A DNA stretch of 26,486 nucleotides from a virus. Its lineage: Duplodnaviria; Caudoviricetes. A model generated the notes under the pieces. It saw only the letters and a program-made list of their open reading frames with translations, searched no databases and had not been told where the DNA came from. Positions 9,301 to 17,484 of this stretch are shown in pieces (position 1 is the stretch's first letter; every line of letters starts with the position of its first letter). The DNA lies in IMG/VR virus record IMGVR_UViG_3300027693_000019, positions 1 through 26,486 of that record. The stretch is one strand, 5' to 3'. The translations under genes and the position numbers were made by a program.

Positions 9301-10826
9301 CCTATGGTCTGCATTGCTGTGTCAAAAATGTCCCAAATATTTATGACATCATGAATTTCGACCATTTTATCGCCTAAACCAGCTAGAAAATCTAAAACTC
9401 CAGTTCCAGCAGGTAATAAGCTTTTAACTAAATCCCATACGCCAGTAGCTAAAGCTACAACAATATCTTTTGCGATGTCAAAACCAGCAAATAAACCCTT
9501 AAATATTCTTTTAATTTTATCTGCGGTTTCACCACTGATAATCAGTCCTTCCGTAAAGTTTCTAAAGATTTTCGTTAATCTTAATAGATCCTGTCCGCGC
9601 AAACTAGGAAAAATATCTGTAAAAGCTTCTTTAATAGGTGCCGCAATTGCAAGTAGTGCCTCAAAACTATTCCTTAAAGCATCTATAAATATCTCTCTGC
9701 CGCCTATATCTTTCCATGTCTGTAATATTTTATTACGAGCAGCTGAAGAAGATTGAATCATTGGACCAATTGTGTCACCTATTTCAGTGAAAAAAGCTTT
9801 CGCTTCTTCAAAATCGCCAATAACAATTCGCCAACTCTCAGCCCATCCAGATACCAAAGATTCCTGGATGGTTTCTTTAAGTTGGGTAAGAGTCTTAATT
9901 TTTGTAGCTGCATCGCTCGCAACCACACCAAGTTTCATGATTTCTGTAATCTGAGATTCTGTATATCCAATACTTCGAAGTTGTTCTGCGCTCAAGTCCC
10001 CAGTAAATTTAGCTAAAGTTTCTGTAAGAACTTGTGTAGTGAGCCACCCCTCTTGTAAAGACTCTCTGAAAGAGCCATTATCAGTGATCATTTCATCAAC
10101 AGCAATACCATGAACTCTGGCTGTTTCTTTTAGAGCATTTTGGAAAACTTCGCCACCCATACCAGCATTAACAACTGAGTTCCAGTCCATTAATCTTACA
10201 GTACCACTAGATATGGCTTGAGACAATTGATACATAGCTGTGGCGGCTTGTTGTGAGTTAGATCCAGATACAGCAGCTAAGTTAGCAATACCTTTGATTG
10301 ACTCTACTGACTGATCCAGACCAACACCAGCAGCAGTAAAGGTACCAATATTTCTTGCCATCTCTGTGAAATTATAGATGGTTTTATCAGAATATGTATT
10401 TAACTCATCTAATGCAGCGTTTACGTCCTTTAAGGTTGTTCCTTTTGATGCAGTATTCGCCATGATGGTTTGGACTGCATTCATTTGGGTCTCATATTCC
10501 TTCAAACCCTCGTTCATCGGTTTTAGAAGACCATCTACTATTTTCTTACCATATTGCATAGCTGCCGTAGTAAGATTTTGTAGGACGGTCATACCAATTA
10601 TACCAAGAGCAGAAAATCGACTAGAAACATGCTGGACACCGTCCGCAATATTGGATAAATTAAAACCTTTTGCCGCTGAATTTAGATTCAATAAGCTTTT
10701 TGATGTCTGATCGAAATTCAAACTCTTCTTAAGAGCATCTAACGATGAGGTACTTTGTTTCACACCACTCTCGAATTGCTTGTTATCGAAACCAAGTTCG
10801 ACAGCTCGATTATCGACAGTCGTCAT
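6321..10826 (-). CDS. tape measure protein (~1501 aa)
   Basis: tape-measure domain (LNTYSDKTIYNF, LMDWNSVVNAGMGG), long A/G/L-rich helical repeats; start MTTVDNR overlaps upstream stop (ATGA). Confidence 0.95.
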   Translation of the reverse strand: MTTVDNRAVELGFDNKQFESGVKQSTSSLDALKKSLNFDQTSKSLLNLNSAAKGFNLSNIADGVQHVSSRFSALGIIGMTVLQNLTTAAMQYGKKIVDGLLKPMNEGLKEYETQMNAVQTIMANTASKGTTLKDVNAALDELNTYSDKTIYNFTEMARNIGTFTAAGVGLDQSVESIKGIANLAAVSGSNSQQAATAMYQLSQAISSGTVRLMDWNSVVNAGMGGEVFQNALKETARVHGIAVDEMITDNGSFRESLQEGWLTTQVLTETLAKFTGDLSAEQLRSIGYTESQITEIMKLGVVASDAATKIKTLTQLKETIQESLVSGWAESWRIVIGDFEEAKAFFTEIGDTIGPMIQSSSAARNKILQTWKDIGGREIFIDALRNSFEALLAIAAPIKEAFTDIFPSLRGQDLLRLTKIFRNFTEGLIISGETADKIKRIFKGLFAGFDIAKDIVVALATGVWDLVKSLLPAGTGVLDFLAGLGDKMVEIHDVINIWDIFDTAMQTIGTTADTVKSKVFGFIDTVKSKFEEFKGLFSGIFDNVDTSAIDGLFDKMNFRFKPLTALFTGVGKVLGGFANLAKKIAPTFFKLASAIGTFFLNLGSSIIDSIVKADFSKIFDLINSGLIAGILLAIRNFITSGSGFIDQAGGVFGDISGILDGVRGSLQAWQQNLKANTLLTIAGAIGVLTLSLLVLSGIDSAKLTVSLGAVTAMMLQLMGSMAVFSKVSGTGLGALSASAGLVALSVSIMIMSAALSKLGKLDAEELNRGLGAITALSIGMVILSRVMSQNTGSILKGSVGLIAFGLALLVLTSSVAKLGALDPAELTNGLIGVGVMLAEIAAFMKLVDLDKMGITKGIGLALLAGSIMLMSESVGKFAEMDQAKLQQGLIALGAVLLELALFTQLSSGGAGLIATGIAMVIIAGAIMLLVDSITKLGALDPTQIGRGLFTMGAALLIIVAAMNLMPKNMIITSLGLVAVAGAILLLSDSLASMGGMTWEEIGKGLAALAGSLLILTVALYAMSGTLAGSAALLIAAGALAVLAPVLSTLGAMGIAEIGIALLALAGVFALLAIAGYLLTPVIPTLLGLGVSMMLIGVAAMLVGAGLLAFSMGLAAIAVSGAAAAVAIVAMISTILGIIPLVIKTLIDTIIIFGEGIVAAAPVVAAAITALLMGVLDIIIKVTPKLLQALTILLKGLIQLIVDVVPDFVSAVITLLTTLLEEIAANIPAFVQAGFDILIGFLEGIRDNIYEVVTVATEIITEFLGGISDNVGDVIQAGVDLIIDFINGMADAIDNNTEPLLAALGRLGESIITALVTAISNGAKAVLTALSSIVTAAINAIKEQLGINSPSKVFMEIGESIPEGFAKGILHLKNRVTEAVHKLEKRAVDAMGPAIATITEALSGNIDSNPVIRPVVDLTDVISGKKSIEELISGNYINLASPVDISRNISTGLRPIDISPEKLAAAGNVVNYTQNNYSPKSLSRLEIYRQTRNQLMALKGLV

Positions 10827-11200
10827 AGACTGGTTACCTCCTTCCACAATTCATCGGCTATGGAATCAAATATGGATTTCATAGATGGATTAATGTAATC
10901 ATAAGCTTGAACATATCCTCCGGTTCCAGTTCCGTGACCATACTGTATAAGTATCGCAATTGCTATTCCATTGCTAACGTTTTTGTTGAACCATGAGATA
11001 TTGTATCCGGAAGTGTCTCTAGTAATTCTATAATCCCAGGAAGAAGCTGTTTTACCACTGTCTTTGGGCGTTGCAGCAGACAAAGCAGATATGCCTTTAG
11101 CCCCATATTTTTCTAAAATAGGAACGACTTTCATATTTTTCGAACGCGTAAAAAACGTCTCGATATTTTTGAAACTTCCTTTATGTTTTATGGTAATCAT
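10823..11200 (-). CDS. HK97 gp10-like neck/tail-completion protein
   Basis: ATPKDSGKTA.SW and IQYGHGTGTGGYV...DYINP motifs. Confidence 0.7.
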   Translation of the reverse strand: MITIKHKGSFKNIETFFTRSKNMKVVPILEKYGAKGISALSAATPKDSGKTASSWDYRITRDTSGYNISWFNKNVSNGIAIAILIQYGHGTGTGGYVQAYDYINPSMKSIFDSIADELWKEVTSL

Positions 11201-11204
11201 GATG

Positions 11205-11744
11205 TCATCCTCTTGTACTTAATGTACTTCTTCTTGCAGAATTTAAAGAATGATTATAATGTGCTAGCTCCTTTTTAGTCATTTTCTTAGAAGGAGTATT
11301 TTTGATATTGCAAACATTAATAAGAGTTAATAATCTATTAAGATGCCACTTCTGACATTCCATAGGTATATTAAAAGTTACCATCCAATAATATATAATT
11401 TCTGCTGTAATAACTTCTCTTGATTTTTTCTTTTCTAAATTGCTAAAAGTTGTCGCCGTCATTGGATCTTCAATATATTTATTGACTTTATTAATATCAC
11501 CCTGATCAATATAATTGTATGTCTCAGGATCTACATTTTGAGTAATCGTCATACAACGAACATAATCCGTAATTTCCTCAAAAGTTTTCTCTTTATCAGA
11601 TAAAAACGGCTTTCGCCATTTGGATTCCCATTTTGATAGGGAGACTAGGGAGTGCTCTAGCTGCAAAAATTGCTCTTTTATAGTGAAGAACTCTTCTTTT
11701 TCTTCATCATATACTTCTTTAGCTGGTAATGTAATTTGCAACAT
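11205..11744 (-). CDS. tail assembly chaperone-like protein (second)
   Basis: LEHSLVSLSKWESKW.KPFL, KWHLNRLLTLI motifs; position before TMP. Confidence 0.6.
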   Translation of the reverse strand: MLQITLPAKEVYDEEKEEFFTIKEQFLQLEHSLVSLSKWESKWRKPFLSDKEKTFEEITDYVRCMTITQNVDPETYNYIDQGDINKVNKYIEDPMTATTFSNLEKKKSREVITAEIIYYWMVTFNIPMECQKWHLNRLLTLINVCNIKNTPSKKMTKKELAHYNHSLNSARRSTLSTRG

Positions 11745-11761
11745 ACCTAGTCTCCCTGAAA

Positions 11762-12139
11762 TTAATTTTCTACTTCTTTAGGCATTTGGGGAGTAATCCC
11801 ATTGATAAAAGCAATAGCAGCGTTCGCATCAGTTGCCATTTCCATAAAAAGCTCACTATAGGCTTCGGTTTGTGAAAAACCATCTCGGAGTTCTTGACTC
11901 TTTACAAATCGCCTTCCATCAGGGGACTTTTCGCCATAGGAAAGTAAAATAATCTTCTTAAACATTTCAATAGTTCGTTTAATATCTTTCTCTTCAACTA
12001 TCTTTTCAAGCATTTTTGACAATCCACCATCAACAGAAGTCTCTAATTCTGTGACTTCGGCCTTTGTCAAATTGAAATAAAAAGTTTCTTCTCGTTCAAT
12101 ACCATCATAATCAACGTACTTTATTGTCTTTTTCAGCAT
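11762..12139 (-). CDS. tail assembly chaperone
   Basis: MLKKTI.Y.DYDG.ER.E.FYFNLTKAE, YGEKS.DGRRFVKS motifs; synteny. Confidence 0.7.
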   Translation of the reverse strand: MLKKTIKYVDYDGIEREETFYFNLTKAEVTELETSVDGGLSKMLEKIVEEKDIKRTIEMFKKIILLSYGEKSPDGRRFVKSQELRDGFSQTEAYSELFMEMATDANAAIAFINGITPQMPKEVEN

Positions 12140-12156
12140 ACTTTTCTCCTTTCAAG

Positions 12157-12435
12157 TTATCTTTCCCTAATTTCAAATCTAACAGATCTATCGTCCGTTT
12201 TTGGAGGAGTTCCATTTGTAGTTATTCTACATGTAATAATTGGATTTGCTCCTCCAGTCCCACCAGATATTACAGCTAAAACTTTACTTCCAGCAATTGT
12301 ATAAGAATCAACAACTAAATCTTCAGAACTAGATTCAAATGTAGCCTCATCAATTGCTTCACCTTCTGACAACCAATCAGTCCAATCCCAATAATAATCT
12401 AGGACTGCATCCGGATCTTTTTCGAACGTCTTCAT
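12157..12435 (-). CDS. small Ig-like fibre adaptor (KDPDAVLDY.WDW family)
   Basis: KDP...LDY..DW..WL, ISGG, C.ITT...DDRS motifs recalled from phage fibre-tail adaptor (gp77-like) proteins. Confidence 0.65.
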   Translation of the reverse strand: MKTFEKDPDAVLDYYWDWTDWLSEGEAIDEATFESSSEDLVVDSYTIAGSKVLAVISGGTGGANPIITCRITTNGTPPKTDDRSVRFEIRER

Positions 12436-12442
12436 AATCCTC

Positions 12443-15400
12443 CTATTCTATGGGAATGGTACGTTCTTCATTATAAATTTTGACATTTCGATCTTCATAC
12501 TCTATAATATATTCTCTATCCTCAAAGTATACATAATATGTACGCCCAATAGGTGTTAATAACTCTTCCATAAATAAAAATGGTGAAGTAATATACGGAA
12601 TACCAAGTGAAATATCCTCAGAAATTAAAGCATGAAATTGTCCTATCGTAGGACTATCAAATATAACAGATTGAGTAGAAATATCCTCTGCTACAAGATC
12701 ATGAGTTAATTCACTTACTAAAATTGGAGTGCCAATTAGAATAGGTTGAGTGAAAATATCTTCAGATGATAATATATGACTTTGACCTATAGAAGGATTA
12801 CCAATTGCAATAGGTTGAGTACTAATATCTTCTGAACTAAGAATATGAGTTTGACTTAAAGTCGAACTACTAAATATGACAGGTTCAGTATTAATACTTA
12901 CAGCTGATAGAGCATGTCTCTGTCCAATGGATGGACTACCAAATATAACAGCTTCAGTACTAATATCTTCTGACTCTATTTGGTATGTTTGTCCTAAGGA
13001 AGGAGTAGCAAGTATAGCAGACTGAGTAGTAATATCTTCTGCTTCTAACTCATGTATAAGTCCACTACTTAATACTGGTTCTGTGAAAATAGCAGGTTCC
13101 GTAACTATCTCTTCTGAAGTTAAAGCATGTGTCTGAGTTAAAGAAGGACTTCCAACTACTACACTCTCAGTATTAATATCTTCTGATGATAAAGCATGTG
13201 TTTGATTTAAAGAAGGACTTCCAACTACTACACTCTCAGTACTAATATCCTCAGAAACAAAAATATGAGTTTGGGCTAATGCAGGATTTCCAAGTACAGC
13301 ATTCCCAGTATTAATATCCTCGGAAGATAATACATGAGTCTGAGAAATGGAAGGACTTCCAAGTACAGCGTTCTCAGTATAAATATCTTCTGAGGTTAAA
13401 TCATGAGTAAGACCAGTATATAAGTTCGGTGCTTCTAATACCGCGTTCTCAGTATTAATATCTTCTGATGATAAAGCATGAGTCTGAGCAATAGAAGGAG
13501 TTCCAAGTATAGTACTCTCGCTACTTATATCTTCTGATGATAAAGCATGAGTCTGAGCAATAGAAGGAGTTCCAAGTATAGTACTCTCGCTACTTATATC
13601 TTCTGATGATAAAGCATGTGTTTGACTTAAAGAAGGAGTTCCAACTACTACACTCTCAGTATTAATATCTTCTGACGATAAAGCATGAGTCTGAGCAATA
13701 GAAGGAGTTCCAAGTACAGAATTCTCAGTAACTATCTCTTCAGAAGTTAGAATATGACTTTGACCTATCGTAGGACCCTCAAGAACTGCCGGAGGTGTTA
13801 GAATATCCTCACCAGTTAAGTCATATGTAGTCCCACTACTAAGTGTTGGGGCTTCCAAAACCGCAGTGGATGTTAGAATATCCTCTGAAGATATAACGTG
13901 TGTCTGAGCTATTGTTGGAGTATCGAGAACTGCTGCAGATGTTATAATATCCTCAGCAGTTAAATCATCGCCACTTACACCACCTACACCTTTAATTGAT
14001 AAAGCTATAGTTGCAGGATAGTTACCATAAAACTGCATTGTTGTAGTACCAGATACTCCAGCTTTATAACCAATACATACTTCGCATTGCAAAGCATAAT
14101 CACTAGATATTTCAGTTTGTCCAGCACCAGATGGAGCTGGATTTCCATTACCAGTTTGGTAACTGTAACCAAATACAAGACAAAGATCATTTGTATCAGA
14201 AGAAAAAGACCCACTAGTTAATGTTTGCAAACCACCAGCACTTGTTGCCATTGCGACATCAACATCGCGGATCGGATCACTGCTCGTATCAACATCTTTT
14301 AACCATAAAAAGGCAAAGTTAAAACCCTCATCTGGAGTTTCTGTAGTCGTATAATCCCAAGCAAATGTCTGAGAACCAGCAGTAGGATTGTCAAGACGCC
14401 AAACTCCTATCCAACCATGATTTCCGCTAGTCTCATAACTATCAATCACACGAACAAGTGTAAATGAATTTCCTCCAAGTGTTAAGGTATCAAAATTAGC
14501 ATCTTGAATATTCTCCCACCAGGCGCATACAAGTAAAACACAATCTGTATCAGTAGGAACCGTTATTGATTGAGAACCACTATTCAGAGCCGACGATATA
14601 AGACCGCGAGTTCCAGACTGAGATGGAGGAGTACCACCACCTTGAGATGAAAGTGTTGGTGCATCCAAAACCGCAGGAGATGTAACAATATCCTCAGAAG
14701 ATATAACATGTGTTTGAGTTAATGTTGGTGTTTCTAATACTGCAGCCTCAGTATAGATATCCTCAGAAGATATAACATGTGTTTGAGCTATCGTTGCTGC
14801 TTCTAATACTGCATTCTCAGTATAGATGTCTTCTGCTGTTAATGCATCAGACCCAGAACTTGTAAGAGTTGGCGCATTGAGAACTGCTACTGGTGTTACA
14901 ATATCTTCGCTAGATATAACATGTGTTTGTCCTATGGTTGGTGCATCAAGAACTGCCGCAGGTGTAACAATATCTTCGCTAGATATAACATGTGTTTGGG
15001 CTAAAGTAGGACTGCCAAGAACTGCTGCTGGTGTTACGATATCTTCACCAGTAAGATCATCATGTACTGGCGCATCTGGTAACTCAAATTCGAACCAACT
15101 TATACCAATAGCTCTTCTAGTTGAAGCACTACCACCAGATGGTGGGGAATCTAATCTCATTATGAGATTAGTAGGATCTGTTATAGTATTGGCTTCTGAT
15201 TCAGATAAAGTCAAACTATATGCAGTCCAAGTTCCAGTACAAGTTTTTTGAGTATCACTTTTAATCAAAGTGGTATTTTGATATAAAGAAACTGTACCAT
15301 AAACTGCATTCCCAGCACCATCTGGTGTTGTATTATTCAATTTTACTAGACGATAGCGAAATGTATGACCAGTTTTGGTAGTCGGTAGTTCGACATCTGA

Positions 15401-15547
15401 TAAACCAGTTCTATAAAGAACAGTAGCATTTTCATTACCATAAACAAAGTCAGTATCACTAGCTGTGACTTCATCTATAGACGCATAAGTACCTCCTCCA
15501 ATACCAGTACGTTCGATGTCACTATCAGGTCTAGCATATTGAGCCAT
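12443..15547 (-). CDS. 1034-aa repeat-rich fibre/scaffold protein
   Basis: two beta-rich globular domains, 26 copies of a ~23-aa acidic repeat, C-terminal E-[DE]-R mini-repeats. Confidence 0.75.
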   Translation of the reverse strand: MAQYARPDSDIERTGIGGGTYASIDEVTASDTDFVYGNENATVLYRTGLSDVELPTTKTGHTFRYRLVKLNNTTPDGAGNAVYGTVSLYQNTTLIKSDTQKTCTGTWTAYSLTLSESEANTITDPTNLIMRLDSPPSGGSASTRRAIGISWFEFELPDAPVHDDLTGEDIVTPAAVLGSPTLAQTHVISSEDIVTPAAVLDAPTIGQTHVISSEDIVTPVAVLNAPTLTSSGSDALTAEDIYTENAVLEAATIAQTHVISSEDIYTEAAVLETPTLTQTHVISSEDIVTSPAVLDAPTLSSQGGGTPPSQSGTRGLISSALNSGSQSITVPTDTDCVLLVCAWWENIQDANFDTLTLGGNSFTLVRVIDSYETSGNHGWIGVWRLDNPTAGSQTFAWDYTTTETPDEGFNFAFLWLKDVDTSSDPIRDVDVAMATSAGGLQTLTSGSFSSDTNDLCLVFGYSYQTGNGNPAPSGAGQTEISSDYALQCEVCIGYKAGVSGTTTMQFYGNYPATIALSIKGVGGVSGDDLTAEDIITSAAVLDTPTIAQTHVISSEDILTSTAVLEAPTLSSGTTYDLTGEDILTPPAVLEGPTIGQSHILTSEEIVTENSVLGTPSIAQTHALSSEDINTESVVVGTPSLSQTHALSSEDISSESTILGTPSIAQTHALSSEDISSESTILGTPSIAQTHALSSEDINTENAVLEAPNLYTGLTHDLTSEDIYTENAVLGSPSISQTHVLSSEDINTGNAVLGNPALAQTHIFVSEDISTESVVVGSPSLNQTHALSSEDINTESVVVGSPSLTQTHALTSEEIVTEPAIFTEPVLSSGLIHELEAEDITTQSAILATPSLGQTYQIESEDISTEAVIFGSPSIGQRHALSAVSINTEPVIFSSSTLSQTHILSSEDISTQPIAIGNPSIGQSHILSSEDIFTQPILIGTPILVSELTHDLVAEDISTQSVIFDSPTIGQFHALISEDISLGIPYITSPFLFMEELLTPIGRTYYVYFEDREYIIEYEDRNVKIYNEERTIPIE
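12581..13970 (-). repeat. 20 coding repeats, 69-bp basic period (QTHxLSSEDIxTExxxxGxPSxx)
   Basis: exact 69-bp duplication starting at 13461 and 13530; units counted from the translation. Confidence 0.9.
14650..15064 (-). repeat. 6 coding repeats of the same ~23-aa unit
   Basis: QTHVISSEDIVTPAAVLDAPTIG-type units. Confidence 0.9.
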
Positions 15548-15556
15548 GATTTACTC

Positions 15557-15934
15557 CTAAGTAGTAGGAGCAGGAATACCGATCTTGAAGCTCGTCAAGG
15601 TAAAAGGATTCCCATTCGTCACAGCCTGAGTAGCTGCTAGATCTCCTGCTGCCAATAATTTAGATGCGCTATTATCGCACAATGCAAAATGACTAGCAGT
15701 ACCAGTTGCCTGAACTGCACCATCACTGATTGCACTAACAGTAACCTCACGACCACCACCAGCTTTGTCAGTGGGACCAGTGATAGTTGGAGTAGCCTTC
15801 GTTCCTAGTTTATATGTCGCACTTGCTTCTGCAAAAGTCGCTGGCTGTTGAGAACAAATATAAAGATTCTCAACAATAGTAGTTAGTTGAGAAAGTCCTG
15901 TATCATACACATCATTATGCAAATAATCTGCCAT
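15557..15934 (-). CDS. 125-aa beta-rich virion fibre subunit (putative)
   Basis: D.GL..L.....LYICS.QP.T..EA, G...TGTASHFAL.D, Q.VT.GN.FTL..F.I motifs recalled from small proteins encoded upstream of repeat fibre genes. Confidence 0.6.
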   Translation of the reverse strand: MADYLHNDVYDTGLSQLTTIVENLYICSQQPATFAEASATYKLGTKATPTITGPTDKAGGGREVTVSAISDGAVQATGTASHFALCDNSASKLLAAGDLAATQAVTNGNPFTLTSFKIGIPAPTT

Positions 15935-15946
15935 TTCAATTCTCCT

Positions 15947-16120
15947 TTATAGGGCTAACATACCGATTTTATCAAGCAAAAATAAAACTACAACAATTGC
16001 TGTGATAACCAAAATGACCACTCCCCAAGGACGAGGAAGGGCGGGAACAACATACTTGGTAAGGATATAGAATACAAACGCTACAACTAAAAAAATAATC
16101 AATAGTTCAATAAGTCCCAT
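15947..16120 (-). CDS. 57-aa two-TM membrane protein (MGLIELLIIFLVVAFVFYILTKYVVPALPRPWGVVILVITAIVVVLFLLDKIGMLAL); not in ORF track
   Basis: hand translation; AAGGAG RBS 7 nt upstream; helical hairpin with Pro-rich turn. Confidence 0.85.
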   Translation of the reverse strand: MGLIELLIIFLVVAFVFYILTKYVVPALPRPWGVVILVITAIVVVLFLLDKIGMLAL

Positions 16121-16138
16121 CTTGCATCTCCTTAAAAC

Positions 16139-16170
16139 AAAAAAAGAGCCCCAACAAATGTCAGGGCTCT
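16139..16170 (-). terminator. intrinsic terminator after major tail protein
   Basis: AGAGCCCTGAC-ATTT-GTTGGGGCTCT stem followed by T-run. Confidence 0.85.
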
Positions 16171-16184
16171 AATAAATATAAAAC

Positions 16185-16844
16185 TTACGCAGGAGTCATC
16201 AAGGTGATGACTTCGTTAGGCAGAGGAAGTTCAGGATCTACAGCAGTTGCGCCGTAAAGAATCACTTCCAACGCTGTAAGTTTAGCAGCATCTGCTGTCC
16301 TAGAATCAATGATGATCAACGAAGTTGGCTTATAGCCACCAGTAATGGATGGAGGCGTTGTACTAACTTCCCAGCTAAAAGTAATTGCCTCTGGTGATTC
16401 GTTAATGGACTGATAAGCTTTCTCAGAAGGAGAAGCCAAACAACCATAAACAAGATGCAATTTATATCCATGGTCTTCTCCATCAACATCATTACCTACT
16501 TTGGTCCGAAAGCACAAACCAAATTGTTTACGGCTTTGCTGAGACAAATAAGTACCAAGAACGGCAGCTTCACTTCCGTCACATTCTTCAAATTCTGGAG
16601 GATAGGTGTATGCCTCAATAGTAAGTCCGAGTTCTTCTGCTGACAGAAGAGTCAAATACTTAATATTATCAGCATATAGGGCAGTAGGTTCAGCACCACT
16701 TGGAGACTCAGTAACACTAACAAGTCCGTTCCAAGCAACACCGAGTGGATATGCCCCATTGGTGTCGATGGGATATAGGACACCATGATCAATACCAGTT
16801 TCATAAAAACGATTTCCAGCATCATCCCAAACTAATGCAGTCAT
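16185..16844 (-). CDS. major tail (tube) protein
   Basis: W...G.R.YETG.DHGVLY, GVAWNGL..VTESPSGAE, YADNIKYL, IEAYTYP.EF, KLHLVYG motifs. Confidence 0.92.
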   Translation of the reverse strand: MTALVWDDAGNRFYETGIDHGVLYPIDTNGAYPLGVAWNGLVSVTESPSGAEPTALYADNIKYLTLLSAEELGLTIEAYTYPPEFEECDGSEAAVLGTYLSQQSRKQFGLCFRTKVGNDVDGEDHGYKLHLVYGCLASPSEKAYQSINESPEAITFSWEVSTTPPSITGGYKPTSLIIIDSRTADAAKLTALEVILYGATAVDPELPLPNEVITLMTPA

Positions 16845-16859
16845 TGTATATATACTCCT

Positions 16860-17165
16860 TTAAAAATATATAGTAAAGACATCATGATATAAATTATCAA
16901 CAACATAACGCCTATCAAAGCTTGCACTTTCTAATAATCCAACATAATCTGGAATAACTGTATCGGGATTTTTATCTATCACCGTTACAGTATATTGCTT
17001 TTTATGAGAATATGGATTATTATTAGCATGTCTAATTCTTATAAGACTTCTTTGATAGACAATACATGGATAAACCATACTTACTGTTGAAGGGGGTTGA
17101 AAATATACGGCAGAAACACCAGGTATATCTCCAAGAATAGTATGAAGATCTAATCTATCACCCAT
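16860..17165 (-). CDS. tail terminator protein
   Basis: VYFQPP....M.YPCIVY, DNLYHDVF.IY motifs; start moved to MGDRL. Confidence 0.7.
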   Translation of the reverse strand: MGDRLDLHTILGDIPGVSAVYFQPPSTVSMVYPCIVYQRSLIRIRHANNNPYSHKKQYTVTVIDKNPDTVIPDYVGLLESASFDRRYVVDNLYHDVFTIYF

Positions 17166-17472
17166 TATACACCCCTCCAACAGTCAAGATTAAACGAGGT
17201 CTCTGAATATCGATAGATTTTATCTTCCACTTGGCGTTCATCCAGAAAATATAACGCATATATGAAAGATTATCATAAGCAAACTGATCAGCAACAATAC
17301 TTAAACGATTAGAAATATCAATATTATCGTTTAAATATTCTCCTCGTTCCCAACTTTGGCTATTACGTAAAATATCACCTTTATAGTTTCTTTCTGTAAT
17401 AACCTCAGAATGCACACCTGGCGCAGTTTCTTGGCTATTAACGAAACCTATTTTTCCCTGAAACTTTGCCAT
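17158..17472 (-). CDS. head closure / head-to-tail stopper
   Basis: MAKF.GKIG, N.LSIVAD, KWKI......RPRLILT.GGVYNG; directly after capsid gene. Confidence 0.7.
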   Translation of the reverse strand: MAKFQGKIGFVNSQETAPGVHSEVITERNYKGDILRNSQSWERGEYLNDNIDISNRLSIVADQFAYDNLSYMRYIFWMNAKWKIKSIDIQRPRLILTVGGVYNG

Positions 17473-17484
17473 GATAAACTCCTA

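Noticed and set aside
6712-10710. Several + strand ORFs (up to 236 aa) opposite the tape measure gene
   Set aside because: Antisense shadows of an Ala/Gly/Leu-rich gene; no RBS or recognisable motifs
11740-11800. Programmed frameshift joining the two tail chaperones
   Set aside because: No clear slippery heptamer seen at the end of the first ORF; the second ORF has its own GGGAG RBS and ATG
12581-15064. 69-bp periodic repeats as a CRISPR array or DGR template/variable repeats
   Set aside because: In-frame coding repeats with no unique spacers, no evident adenine-specific variation, and no cas or reverse transcriptase gene in the window
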